IMG/VR virus record: IMGVR_UViG_2731957961_000002 | From: an uncultured virus (IMG/VR IMGVR_UViG_2731957961_000002) | Taxonomy: Duplodnaviria > Heunggongvirae > Uroviricota > Caudoviricetes | Length of the DNA stretch: 64,000 bases | Reading direction: 5' to 3' (one strand) | Shown here: positions 38,140-48,058 of the stretch, in pieces | How positions within the stretch are numbered: position 1 is the stretch's first letter | Layout of the letters: each line of letters begins with the position of its first letter | Program-made: the position numbers and the translations under genes | The notes under the pieces: generated by a model | Databases searched by the model: none | Told to the model about the DNA's origin: nothing | Seen by the model: only the letters and a program-made list of their open reading frames with translations

Positions 38140-38772
38140 ATGGCCGATAAATCTCTGAATGGGGCCAAGCTGGAGAAGATTCCGATTCACTTCCAGCTTG
38201 GTGACAATCTGATCGACGGGGCAGTAGTCCGCCCGCTGACGTTTCAAGGCTTCGTCGATTGCATCATCGAAGCGCAGGCGATGAAGCAGCCGACATCATT
38301 CGATGCGCGCATGCGACGGGTCAGGATGATCCGGCAGGTCGCCTACCATATCAACGGCACTGTCGTCCCGATGTCGATGGAAGACGTGCTGAAACTGCCG
38401 ATCCCCGACACGCGGAAAATCTCGGCCAAGCTGGATGACAACGAAGGCAAGGCCGGCAAGATCATTCGCGACGGTGACGGCATCGATCAAGCCATCACCT
38501 ACGAGCTGGGGACGCCGATTCCGGTTGGTGCGGGCAAGGAGCCGATCCGCGAACTGGAATTCCATGCCAGCACCTATGGCGATATCGAGGACGTGATGGC
38601 GGCCGACAATCCGATGGCACAGACCGCCAAGCTGATCGAGACAGTAGCGAAGCCGCTCGGCTCGACGCTGATGCAATTGCCGTCATGGGCGATCAATCAG
38701 ATCTCGGTCGCGGATGGCATCACCATCTCGAAGGATATCCTGCCGCGTTTTCTCGGGTCGCCGGACGAGTAG
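38140..38772 (+). CDS. Tail assembly chaperone
   Basis: Between tube and tape measure; ELGTPI..ELEF..TYGDI. Confidence 0.75.
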   Translation: MADKSLNGAKLEKIPIHFQLGDNLIDGAVVRPLTFQGFVDCIIEAQAMKQPTSFDARMRRVRMIRQVAYHINGTVVPMSMEDVLKLPIPDTRKISAKLDDNEGKAGKIIRDGDGIDQAITYELGTPIPVGAGKEPIRELEFHASTYGDIEDVMAADNPMAQTAKLIETVAKPLGSTLMQLPSWAINQISVADGITISKDILPRFLGSPDE

Positions 38773-38927
38773 CCGAAGTTGTCGAGCAATACCGCTATTA
38801 CTCGGCATCGGCTGGCGACGTTCGCCCATTAAGCATTCGGCTGTTGACCTTTCGCATCAATAATTTTCACAAGGTGCACAAGGCGGAAACGCGCAATCGC
38901 ATTCTTCTGGCGGGTGGGAAAGCCTAA
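38748..38927 (+). CDS. Putative -1 frameshift extension of tail assembly chaperone
   Basis: Open -1 frame without its own RBS fills the gap to the tape measure; CGT TTT CTC near chaperone end. Confidence 0.55.
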   Translation, partial: FSRVAGRVAEVVEQYRYYSASAGDVRPLSIRLLTFRINNFHKVHKAETRNRILLAGGKA

Positions 38928-38933
38928 TCAGAC

Positions 38934-41681
38934 ATGGTGTCATTCGTCGAACAAGCCACACTGAAGGTCAACGACCAAAGCTCTGCCGAGATCAAGAGGA
39001 TCAACGCCGCGCTGAAATCCTTGTTCAAGACGGCTGACAAGCTGAAAGGCGCGACGGCCAACCTTCAGATCAAGACCAAGGGCCTGGCCCAGGCCACGAC
39101 AATGGTCGGCAAGCTGGCGAAGGACGCCAAGGCTTTGCAGTCCAGCGTCGGCTCGATCAGGGTCAACCTGAACACCACGCAGGCGCAGGCACAACTGGCC
39201 CGGCTTCGGGCGCAGGCGCAGCAGCCGATCCGGATGCCGCCGCCGCTTCCAGGCGGAGGTGGTCGCGGTGGTGGCTTCGGTGGCGGTATGTTCGGGACCG
39301 GGGGCTACCGACGCCGCGGCTTTGCCGGTGCGGCGCTCAGTGGTGCCGCTTTAGGCTTCGGCATTCCGATTGGCGGCCTGACGGCGGGATTCGCCGCGGT
39401 CGAAGTCGCTGCGCGTGCAGCGGCGGAAGCCCTGTCGGCCGTTGCGACAGCCGGCATCAAACGGGATCGTACCAGCCTACAGGGCGCCGCCCTGGCGACC
39501 GAGGCACAGCGGCAGCAGCTGAAGGTATCACAAGAGGCTCGGCAGAAGGCGAACGTTCCGTTCGGGATGACGCGGGATGAAAGCGAGCGGCTTGTCTATT
39601 CGTTGCTCGGCGATATCCCCGGCGTGGCGAAAAGAGGCGAGACGCAGGCCAAAGCCGACGAACGGCAGATGGGCGCCGCGATCAGGGTTGTTGACGAGTT
39701 GCAGAAGGAGTTTGTTCCGAGACTGTTCGCGATTCGGCCGGGCACGACGCGAGAGGAGAACCTGGAGGGGCTGAACCAGATCATCAAGGCTATGAATCTG
39801 GCATCGCCTGACCTGATCGATGCCGCCGGTAACCTGACCCAAAGCGCCCGGCGCGTGCTAAGTGCTGCGCAGACGGCGATGATCCTCGATCCGGAGTTGC
39901 AGCCGAACCAGATCAAGACCGCCTTGGCGAATCTGAAGACCGCAGCTTACTCGATGAGCGAGGACGCCCTGACGCGGACGCTGCTGAACGTCGGCGCACG
40001 CGGCATGCGCGCCGCCAATGAGGCCTATATGGCCCAGATGGTATCGACCGGTACCATCGACGTGAAGAAGGTCAACAATGCGCTGGTCGAGATGGGCCTG
40101 CTGCAAGGTGCCCGACGCAACAAGCAAAAGAACGTCGAGGCCGGAACAGGGAAAGCGACGGACGAAGCGACGCTCTACAGCGATCCAGCAAAGTGGTACC
40201 GGGAAAACGTCGTCCCGGTCATGAACGATGCGGTCGCCAAGACCAAGGAGGCTCAGAAGCGTGTAGCCGAGGCCAGGGCTGCGGGGAAAAGCGCGGAGGA
40301 GATCGCAGAGGCCGCGCTGCCGACCGATCAGGAAGTTACGGCGTTCGTTCACAAGAAATTTGCTGGCGCGTCGAGATCGGCGCGGCAAGGCATCATCGAC
40401 CTTCTGATGGCGGACAAGCAGCAGACCGCTGCGATTGAGTACGGTAAGCGTCGGCGGGGAGAGCCGATTGATCCAATGATTGAGAAGTCTGCGGCGGCGC
40501 AGTGGGAGCGGGTCAAGACCGCACTGACCGACCGGATGGATCAGCTCGGCGAGGCGGCGGTGCGGTCGCTGGATCTGGCCAATGTACTCAAGCAGGTCGA
40601 GGCCGCGATTCGGGATCCATACGGCAAGGAAGCGACGAGCCTTTACGAAGGTGCCGGTCGCAAGGCGCTGCAGGCCGGGCTGACGATGGATCCGCTCAAC
40701 ATTTCGGCGAAGCTGCTCAGTGCTGCCGGCATCGATCTGCAGGCTGCCGCGAAGTCGATGCTGTCCGGACTCGCTGACTATTTTGGAATTGGCCAGGGTG
40801 GCGCGACGCCACCGACCGATGCGATGGGCACTCCGCTCCCCGGAGCGCCGGAAGATCAACGCAGTCAGACCGAGCAGGCCATTCAAGAAGCGGCCAACGC
40901 GGTCGAGCAGAACGCCAAGCAACAAACTGCGACGCAAGGCGCAATAGAGAACGTCAGGAAGCAAGCCGAAGAAGTGCAGCGGAGCATCGACAGTACCGCC
41001 GATCCCCAACTGAAGGCGGCACTGCAGGCCACACTGGCCGCGCAGCTCGATTACATCAAATCTGCACAGGCCCGCCTGGAACAGCTGCAAAAGACCAGCG
41101 AGGAACTCAAGGCCAAGTCTGCGGCAGCCTATGCTGCAGATGCCGCAGCGAAGGCGACAGCGGATAAGGCGGCGGCAACGGCGGCGACAACGACCGCGCC
41201 GGAAGTGATCGATGAAACCGTCAAGGCGGTCTTGCACAAGGTCAAGCTCGGCCTCGGCAAGGACGTGCCGCCGGAATCGCGGATGCGGATGAAGGAAGTG
41301 CCGCTGCCGATGGCGCGGCCGGCCGCGGCCGATATGCCCGAGATGCCGACCGACCTGGGGCCGACCGTCGATGCGTTGAAGGAAGCGGCGAACAGCACCA
41401 ACCAGTCCGGCGAGAAGTTCGCGTCCTCGGTAAGCGGCCTCGGTACCGCCAGCAGCAGCTTTGCGACCGCGTTCGATACCGGCGCCGTCAAGCTCGCCAG
41501 TGCCGGCAAGACCGCCGTCGCCGACATGGAAAGCGGCGCTGGCGCCGTCGGCCGGCTGATCGCAGCGGCGTTTGTTGCCGGCGCCTCCGGCCTCAAGATC
41601 GGCGTCGATACGTCGGGCGTCGTCCAGGCTAAGGCGGGCGTCGATCAGGGTAGCCAAAAAGCATCCGCAATGGCGGCATGA
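38934..41681 (+). CDS. Tape measure protein
   Basis: 915 aa, Ala/Gln-rich helical, no Cys. Confidence 0.85.
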   Translation: MVSFVEQATLKVNDQSSAEIKRINAALKSLFKTADKLKGATANLQIKTKGLAQATTMVGKLAKDAKALQSSVGSIRVNLNTTQAQAQLARLRAQAQQPIRMPPPLPGGGGRGGGFGGGMFGTGGYRRRGFAGAALSGAALGFGIPIGGLTAGFAAVEVAARAAAEALSAVATAGIKRDRTSLQGAALATEAQRQQLKVSQEARQKANVPFGMTRDESERLVYSLLGDIPGVAKRGETQAKADERQMGAAIRVVDELQKEFVPRLFAIRPGTTREENLEGLNQIIKAMNLASPDLIDAAGNLTQSARRVLSAAQTAMILDPELQPNQIKTALANLKTAAYSMSEDALTRTLLNVGARGMRAANEAYMAQMVSTGTIDVKKVNNALVEMGLLQGARRNKQKNVEAGTGKATDEATLYSDPAKWYRENVVPVMNDAVAKTKEAQKRVAEARAAGKSAEEIAEAALPTDQEVTAFVHKKFAGASRSARQGIIDLLMADKQQTAAIEYGKRRRGEPIDPMIEKSAAAQWERVKTALTDRMDQLGEAAVRSLDLANVLKQVEAAIRDPYGKEATSLYEGAGRKALQAGLTMDPLNISAKLLSAAGIDLQAAAKSMLSGLADYFGIGQGGATPPTDAMGTPLPGAPEDQRSQTEQAIQEAANAVEQNAKQQTATQGAIENVRKQAEEVQRSIDSTADPQLKAALQATLAAQLDYIKSAQARLEQLQKTSEELKAKSAAAYAADAAAKATADKAAATAATTTAPEVIDETVKAVLHKVKLGLGKDVPPESRMRMKEVPLPMARPAAADMPEMPTDLGPTVDALKEAANSTNQSGEKFASSVSGLGTASSSFATAFDTGAVKLASAGKTAVADMESGAGAVGRLIAAAFVAGASGLKIGVDTSGVVQAKAGVDQGSQKASAMAA

Positions 41682-41690
41682 GGCGATTGA

Positions 41691-42881
41691 ATGTCGCGAC
41701 GAAACTGTGCCATCGGCAAGGACTACGTCCAGGCCGCTTTCAAGGGCGTGCAATTCTACTGCACCGAAGCCGACGTCGAGGGCGGCCGGCGCGGCGCCGA
41801 AGGCGAGTTTCCGTTTGGCGAAGAAACCGCTTATGCCGATCTCGGTCGCAAGATCCGGGTCTACCATCTCACCGCCTGTTTCCGCGAGGACGATCACGTT
41901 TCGGATTCGCAGGCGCTGTTCATGGCCTGCGAGTCGCCAGGGCCAGGCATCCTGGTGCATCCGACCCGCGGCACCGTCATGGTGGCGTGCCGGTCAGCCA
42001 AGATCTCCGACAAGATCGAGGAGGAGGCCGGGGAGACCTATGCCGAGCTGGAGTTCGTCGAAGCCAATTCGGTTACCGGCTTCGCTGGCGTCCTGTTCGG
42101 GATCATCTCGACCGCGCTGAACTCGACCTCGCAGACCTCGTTCCTGCGCGACTATCATCCGACGCAGGTCTCGCAGCCCTGGCGAACCGATGTGATCAAC
42201 ACCGCGCAGCGGCTGGTCGACGTCACCTACAGGGCGGCGGTGCAGACCTTCACGGCGGAGTCCACGGCCCAGGACTGGCGCGACATCCTCAAGCTGGAGG
42301 AAGTCGCCACCGACGATGGGCTGGCCGCCAACGGCGTCAACGTCGACCGCGCGCTGTCCAATGGCTTCGTCACCATCGCCGAGAACATCGAAGATCCCGT
42401 CACCGAATTCCGGGTGATGCGTGCACTGGCCAATCAGGCTTCCGGTTCCTCGGTTCTCCCTGCTGGAGTTGCCATCGACGGTGAGGAGGCCGTACTGAGC
42501 CGGCACCGAGTCCTCGCCGCCATCGGCATGGCCGAGGCGGCGATGGCTCGGATTTATTCCTACGTCGATGAGGCGCTGGCGGCCATGGATGCCGTGCTTG
42601 CGGTGCTCGACGATGAGGCCAAGTCGGCCTACGCCAACTGCGACAACGGGCTGTTCCTGGAGCTGCGCAAGTACGCCACGCAGTTCACCGAGATGATGAA
42701 CAACCTGGCGTACCGGCTGCCGCCATTGATTGCCGTCGACTTCGGCGGTGGAGTGCATCCGCTTGTGGCGGCTTATGCGATCTACAACGACGCCAAGCGT
42801 CATCGTGAGCTGGAGACCCGCAACCAGGTCGACGCTAACGGCAGGTTTGCGCCGGTCGTGGTGGGTTATGCACCAACATGA
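41691..42881 (+). CDS. Mu gp43-like DNA circulation/tube-initiator protein
   Basis: AAFKGVQF..GGRR..EFPF..DLGRK..GILVHPTRG. Confidence 0.85.
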   Translation: MSRRNCAIGKDYVQAAFKGVQFYCTEADVEGGRRGAEGEFPFGEETAYADLGRKIRVYHLTACFREDDHVSDSQALFMACESPGPGILVHPTRGTVMVACRSAKISDKIEEEAGETYAELEFVEANSVTGFAGVLFGIISTALNSTSQTSFLRDYHPTQVSQPWRTDVINTAQRLVDVTYRAAVQTFTAESTAQDWRDILKLEEVATDDGLAANGVNVDRALSNGFVTIAENIEDPVTEFRVMRALANQASGSSVLPAGVAIDGEEAVLSRHRVLAAIGMAEAAMARIYSYVDEALAAMDAVLAVLDDEAKSAYANCDNGLFLELRKYATQFTEMMNNLAYRLPPLIAVDFGGGVHPLVAAYAIYNDAKRHRELETRNQVDANGRFAPVVVGYAPT

Positions 42882-44206
42882 AGCCGGTTGTCATTATCGT
42901 CGGTGGTTCAGCGCTGGAGAACTGGACCGAAATGACCTTGCAGCGAAGCAAGGATGAGCTGACCGGATCTCTCACAGTTTCGATCTTTGCCGGCGCCATG
43001 CCGCCGACACCGATCAACCGGTCGGCGATGGCGGGTGCCCAGATCCAGGTCTACATCGCCGGTCAGCTGGCGTTCACCGGCACGGTCGACAAGCGCACGG
43101 GGACCGGGGACAAGAAAGGCAAGGAAGGTACCGACGACAATCAGGAGACTCACGGCGAGTCTTCGATGTCGGTGTCGATTGGACCGAATGAATACACCGT
43201 CAAGCTGACGGCGCGCGGCAAGACCAAGCGACTGATCGATTCATCGCATCAGCACCCCACGACGAACATGCTCAAGCCAACCACCAAGAAGGTGGTCGAG
43301 AAGCTGATCGAGCCATGGAAGACGCAGCTCGAATGGAAGGGGGAGGACATCAAGCTGGATAAGGTGCGTTTCCGCGATGGCGCACGTGTCGTGGACGAGC
43401 TTCACCGGGTCGCGATGGAGAACTGCTACTTTATGTATGAGACCCGCGATGGGAAGCTGCGAGTTACTGACGGTGTTGGTTCTGATTCTGGCGGCGGCGG
43501 CGATCCTCTCATACTGGGGCAGAACATTCTGAGTTTTTCGGCCGAGCAGTCCGAGGACGAAGCCAAGTCGAAGATCAAGGTCAAGGGCCAACGCACCGAG
43601 AAAGACAAATGGGGCGAGGAGGCGCTGCTGAAGACCTTCAAGGAGGTGAAGGACTCCTGGGTCAAGGATTTTGTACCGCTGACGGTCCAGCACTACGGCG
43701 ATGCCGATGATAAGACGCTTGAACGTCGGGCTCGGTTCGAAGCCAACAAGCACAGCGCCGAAAGTAAGAAGATCACCATTGAGGTGTTCCACGTTCAGAC
43801 GCCGTCGGGGCAGCCGTGGGACATCGGCAATACGCATTATGTCGAGGTGCCGCCGGAAGGCATCTTTGACGTGTTCGAGTGCACCGAACTGACCTACACG
43901 GTCGACGCCGACAAGACGCTGAAGACAACGCTGGTGTTGTCGCCGCCGCCATCGGGCGGGGCCGGCGTAGGCGGTGGCGGGTTCGGTCTCGGCAGCCTGC
44001 CGATGACCATGGGTAACGCCAGGCGCAGCCAGGCCAAAGTCACCCTTACCGCGGGCGAGTACCCGGCACCGTGGTCGCCGCCGATGCTGGCGGAGCTGCC
44101 GCTGATGACGCTGGTCGAGGCCTTGGCCAAGCCGCAGCCCGAGGAAGACAAGAAAGAAAAGTCGCCGCCGATGACCCTGCCACCCTGGTTCGGAGAAATC
44201 GTATGA
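42878..44206 (+). CDS. Mu gp44-like baseplate hub
   Basis: LIDSS, LILGQNILS, QPWDIG. Confidence 0.85.
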   Translation: MKPVVIIVGGSALENWTEMTLQRSKDELTGSLTVSIFAGAMPPTPINRSAMAGAQIQVYIAGQLAFTGTVDKRTGTGDKKGKEGTDDNQETHGESSMSVSIGPNEYTVKLTARGKTKRLIDSSHQHPTTNMLKPTTKKVVEKLIEPWKTQLEWKGEDIKLDKVRFRDGARVVDELHRVAMENCYFMYETRDGKLRVTDGVGSDSGGGGDPLILGQNILSFSAEQSEDEAKSKIKVKGQRTEKDKWGEEALLKTFKEVKDSWVKDFVPLTVQHYGDADDKTLERRARFEANKHSAESKKITIEVFHVQTPSGQPWDIGNTHYVEVPPEGIFDVFECTELTYTVDADKTLKTTLVLSPPPSGGAGVGGGGFGLGSLPMTMGNARRSQAKVTLTAGEYPAPWSPPMLAELPLMTLVEALAKPQPEEDKKEKSPPMTLPPWFGEIV

Positions 44207-44805
44207 GCTACACGCGCTTTCGCGAGCGATCCCGTGACGTGCAAGACGGCCTGGAGCGCCATGTCTGGGGCAAGCAGAAATACACGGGCAAAGGCTCGAT
44301 CATCAAGGTGCGCGGGACCGACACCGAGGACCAGGAAGCTGCGGTTCTCGTCATTGGCGGCGTGTCGTTCAACGTCAAGGAGAAGTTCAACACTGAGGTG
44401 ATGCTGCTGGCGTCATCATCCGACACCAATCTCAAGATGGCGCTTCTGACCATCCCAAAGGACAAGCAGCGACGCTGGATGGAGGGTGACGGCGGCGTGC
44501 AGCACCCGACCGATGGCGATTTTGCGCTCGATTTCTCCGACAAGCTCGCACACCTGACCAAGAACAAGTTCGGTGTCGGCGAGGATGGTGAGTTCGAAGT
44601 CCGCGGCAAGGAGGGCTATTTCCGCGTCAAGAAACTGATTGTCGACGGCGAACTGATCGTCAACACGCGTGTCAAGACGCCGGAAGTGGTATCGGGCAGC
44701 GAGAAGCCGCCGAAGTTCGAGGGCAACAAGCAAGCCGAGATCGAGAAGGACGATGAGGGCGGCGCCGGTGGCGCTGGTACCGCGCAGCTCACCATGGATT
44801 TCTGA
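44203..44805 (+). CDS. Baseplate central spike (gp45-like)
   Basis: Position after hub; beta-rich C-terminus. Confidence 0.6.
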   Translation: MSYTRFRERSRDVQDGLERHVWGKQKYTGKGSIIKVRGTDTEDQEAAVLVIGGVSFNVKEKFNTEVMLLASSSDTNLKMALLTIPKDKQRRWMEGDGGVQHPTDGDFALDFSDKLAHLTKNKFGVGEDGEFEVRGKEGYFRVKKLIVDGELIVNTRVKTPEVVSGSEKPPKFEGNKQAEIEKDDEGGAGGAGTAQLTMDF

Positions 44806-44807
44806 CC

Positions 44808-45359
44808 ATGGCGGTCAGCGATCCCTGCCTTGATCAGAACGCCGGTCGGCGCCGGATCTTCTGGACTACGCGTGCCAGCGCATGCGGCAGCTATGTCATG
44901 TGCGGCGTCGAATGTGAGATTCGCGGTCTCGAATACCAGGAAGTCGAGGAGCCGGAAGGCGGGCGCACGATCCGGAATGACGAGTGGCTTCGCGGCCTGA
45001 TCCTGAACATTCTCAACACACGGGCGCGGACCGACCTGCGTTGCCCGACGCCGGCAGCGGTGTATGGTCACTGGTCGGAATCCTTCCGCAAGGACGGACT
45101 CTACATTGGATCTCGGGTGTGGAACGTGGCGGCCAAGCCTTACGTGCGGGTCGCTGACGCAGTCAAGGCGATCAAGGCCGCCGTCGTTGCCGACATGGCG
45201 AAGCTGACGGTCATGAATCTGGCCGATAGCGTTGAAGTGGAGGCCGATTATCGCGGGCGCAATCGAGTTGATGTCGTCATCACCGCGGTCACGCGAAAGG
45301 CCAGTCACGTTCTCAACCTGTCCGGCACCTATTCCTCAGATAGCTGGGTCTGGCAGTGA
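44808..45359 (+). CDS. Mu gp46-like baseplate wedge/sheath initiator
   Basis: GHWSESF..IGSRVW. Confidence 0.75.
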   Translation: MAVSDPCLDQNAGRRRIFWTTRASACGSYVMCGVECEIRGLEYQEVEEPEGGRTIRNDEWLRGLILNILNTRARTDLRCPTPAAVYGHWSESFRKDGLYIGSRVWNVAAKPYVRVADAVKAIKAAVVADMAKLTVMNLADSVEVEADYRGRNRVDVVITAVTRKASHVLNLSGTYSSDSWVWQ

Positions 45360-45371
45360 CGGGTTGATTCA

Positions 45372-46586
45372 ATGTCATGCATCATCTTGCGACCAGATCC
45401 GAAGGCGCTGTTTGATCAGCTGCAGTCGATGTTTTCGTCGACCGTACTCGGCGGCGGGGTTGTGGTTCCCGAGTCGAATGAATGGTACGTCCTGGCAAAC
45501 GACTACGCGATGGCCGAGCAGTTCTATGCCATCGCCGACCAGATGTGGCGGGAGGCGGATCCGGCGCTCGCCTGCTGCGACAATCTCTACAAGATGGCGG
45601 CGCAGCATGGGGTCTTTCCGCGGCCGGCGTCGCATGCGGAGGGCTATGCCAAGCTGACGGGAACGCCGGGCACTCCGGTGCCGTCGTCGCTGGAGATCTC
45701 GACCAGCCAAGGCATCTATGTGTCGGTCGGGACCGTGCCGCTGACGATCCCGGATTCAGGCGAGATCATCATTCGGGTCCGCGCGCTGACTCCCGGACCG
45801 GAATTCAATTCTGCCGGCACGGTCACGACGGGCACGCTGACGACATCCGCGCCGGGCATCAGCGACGATGTCGAGATCTGTGGCCGGCAGTTCTGCGGCG
45901 GCGCGGCGGCTGAGACCTGCGAACAGTTTCGCAAGCGCTACCTGGAGCGACTGGCCTACCAGCCGCGAGCAACGATGGCCTGGATCAAGCAGAAGCTGCT
46001 GGAGTTTCCGTGCGCGACCCGCGTCTGCGTTCGTGAGGGCGCCTGCTGCCGCTGCACGCCGGAATGCACCGACTGCGCCGATTGCGGCTGCAAGAACTGC
46101 GGCACCAGGATGGAGTTCTACGTGCTGTTCAATCGCGTGTTTCCGTGCGGGATCCCGCCGCAGAACGTCGTCGCCGATATCCAGACCTGGCTGTTCGGTG
46201 AGCATCAAGGTTACGGCGAGGGTCAAGTCGAAATGGGCGTGTGCGGGCAGATCTACGCGCCCAAGCCGCTGATGGTGAATGTCTATATCGATATCGTCGG
46301 CTGCCCATCATCCTCGCAGAAGCAGATCATCAGCGATCAGGTGCGGGCGTTGTTCGAGCGGATCTGTCCGTCGGTGCCGCTCCGAACGCGGCAAGTCGAA
46401 CTGATCGTATCGTCCGTCGTCGGGGCAGAGGTCAACGTCGCTGTACGGTTTGAAGTGCTGCCACCGGTCGACAACAGCATGGTGTTTCAAGCGGCATGCG
46501 GCGACCTTGAACCGGAATGCGATTACTTGCCGTGCTTGAACACGATTTCGTTCACCGGGCCTGACATCAGGGGTGCGCAGTGCTGA
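45372..46586 (+). CDS. Baseplate J/gp47-like wedge protein (Cys-rich)
   Basis: GGAAAETCEQFRKRYL; CCRCTPECTDCADCGCKNC insert. Confidence 0.9.
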   Translation: MSCIILRPDPKALFDQLQSMFSSTVLGGGVVVPESNEWYVLANDYAMAEQFYAIADQMWREADPALACCDNLYKMAAQHGVFPRPASHAEGYAKLTGTPGTPVPSSLEISTSQGIYVSVGTVPLTIPDSGEIIIRVRALTPGPEFNSAGTVTTGTLTTSAPGISDDVEICGRQFCGGAAAETCEQFRKRYLERLAYQPRATMAWIKQKLLEFPCATRVCVREGACCRCTPECTDCADCGCKNCGTRMEFYVLFNRVFPCGIPPQNVVADIQTWLFGEHQGYGEGQVEMGVCGQIYAPKPLMVNVYIDIVGCPSSSQKQIISDQVRALFERICPSVPLRTRQVELIVSSVVGAEVNVAVRFEVLPPVDNSMVFQAACGDLEPECDYLPCLNTISFTGPDIRGAQC

Positions 46587-47560
46587 GCGCCGATGGCTGT
46601 GTCGACGTCCTGGTCCCGGACGACGTCAGCTGTTGCCCGCCGCCGCTGTGCGGCAATGACCTTTGCTGCACGTTCGTGGCCTTTTTTCAGCTGCTGCCAT
46701 CGGGACCGTTGTGGGATTACTGGAAACAGGCGGCGATCAGCTATTTCCAGCGTTCTGACGACCCGGCGGAGTGTCCGCTGCTCAACGACCCGCAATGCCC
46801 GTCGCTGATCCTGCATGCGATCTATACCGTGCTCAAGCTGCGCGGCGTCGTGCACGGCGCGCTGTGGCCGGCGCTGCGCGAGAGCAATCCGTACACCGCG
46901 GTGACGACGCTGGATTATCACCTGGAGCGGCTGCAGTGGGAAAATTGCTACGCCTCACAGTGCCGCTCGATGGCGCTTGGCCCGCTGTCGCCGCTGGAGG
47001 TGATGGGCGTCTGCGGGCCGGTCTATTGTGAGCCGCCGTTTCCGCCCGAGCTGGTGGCGGCACTCAAGCGTGGTATCGCGATCTCGCTGACTCGCGCCAA
47101 CATGGGCGTGATCAAGAACCTGTGCGGCATCAACTGGGTGATTGAACCGCTCGGCGCCGAGATCATGCCGATCTATGCTTCCCCGTTGCCGGATCCGTGT
47201 CCGCCGGATCCGCCGCCGGAAGGCTGTGAGCCCAACCCGCCGGAAGACGTCGACCTGACGTGCCTGGAGACAGACTGCGATCCATTCGATTGTGAGTCGG
47301 CGAAGCAATTCTATCTCTGTCAGTCGCGCGATTGGCTGCAGGGTGTCGGCACGGGCGATGTCTGCGAAAGCAACGTACCGATCCGTGTTCCGGCGTGGTT
47401 TGAGTGGCCTTGCTACACCGACAAGGTCGCGGGCATGCCCGACATCATCTGGCCTGGTGTGCTCGCGGCCGAGTGCATCATTCGCTCGCTGCTGCCGTGT
47501 TCTGGCGCCGGCATCACCATCACCCGCTGCTGTGAAATCGGAGAGGAAGCCCCATCATGA
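46580..47560 (+). CDS. gp48/DUF2313-like wedge protein (Cys-rich)
   Basis: FQLLPSGPLWD; ESNPYTA. Confidence 0.75.
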   Translation: MLSADGCVDVLVPDDVSCCPPPLCGNDLCCTFVAFFQLLPSGPLWDYWKQAAISYFQRSDDPAECPLLNDPQCPSLILHAIYTVLKLRGVVHGALWPALRESNPYTAVTTLDYHLERLQWENCYASQCRSMALGPLSPLEVMGVCGPVYCEPPFPPELVAALKRGIAISLTRANMGVIKNLCGINWVIEPLGAEIMPIYASPLPDPCPPDPPPEGCEPNPPEDVDLTCLETDCDPFDCESAKQFYLCQSRDWLQGVGTGDVCESNVPIRVPAWFEWPCYTDKVAGMPDIIWPGVLAAECIIRSLLPCSGAGITITRCCEIGEEAPS

Positions 47561-48057
47561 GCGGCGTGTTTCCTGATGAAGTAACCGGCGGCGTCATCAT
47601 CCGCGACGATCTCGGCAATCCGACTAACCCGCCTGATGTCCAGAACGCCTACACGCCAGCCCCCGGTTTCGTGACCAGCTGCGAGATGACGGCGAGTCCG
47701 TCCAACTGCAACGGACGGATCACGCCGGCCCAGATCAACGCCATCGTCTCCGAGCTGGTCGCGTTGGCCGAGTGCCTCGATCCGGACGGTCCGTGGAATT
47801 GCACCGCCGTCACCAACCTCTGCGCCGCGTTCACGGCGTGGTCGGCGACGCATGGCGGCCTGCACGTCGGCGAGGATCCGCCGGATCCGGTGCTCAACCC
47901 GTTCTGGTACGAGAGCGACACCGGAATCCTCTACGTCTTTTTCGACGACACGTGGGTGCAGGCCAACGGCGCGGTGGCCGATCAGGTCTCGATCATCGGT
48001 ACCGGCGTCGCCGGCCGGCCGCTGCAGGTCGGCGTGATCGATAGCGGGGTGTACTGA
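47557..48057 (+). CDS. Baseplate/fibre adaptor protein
   Basis: QINAIVSEL..NLCAA anchor; FWYESDTGILYV..WVQ module. Confidence 0.6.
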   Translation: MSGVFPDEVTGGVIIRDDLGNPTNPPDVQNAYTPAPGFVTSCEMTASPSNCNGRITPAQINAIVSELVALAECLDPDGPWNCTAVTNLCAAFTAWSATHGGLHVGEDPPDPVLNPFWYESDTGILYVFFDDTWVQANGAVADQVSIIGTGVAGRPLQVGVIDSGVY

Positions 48058-48058
48058 A

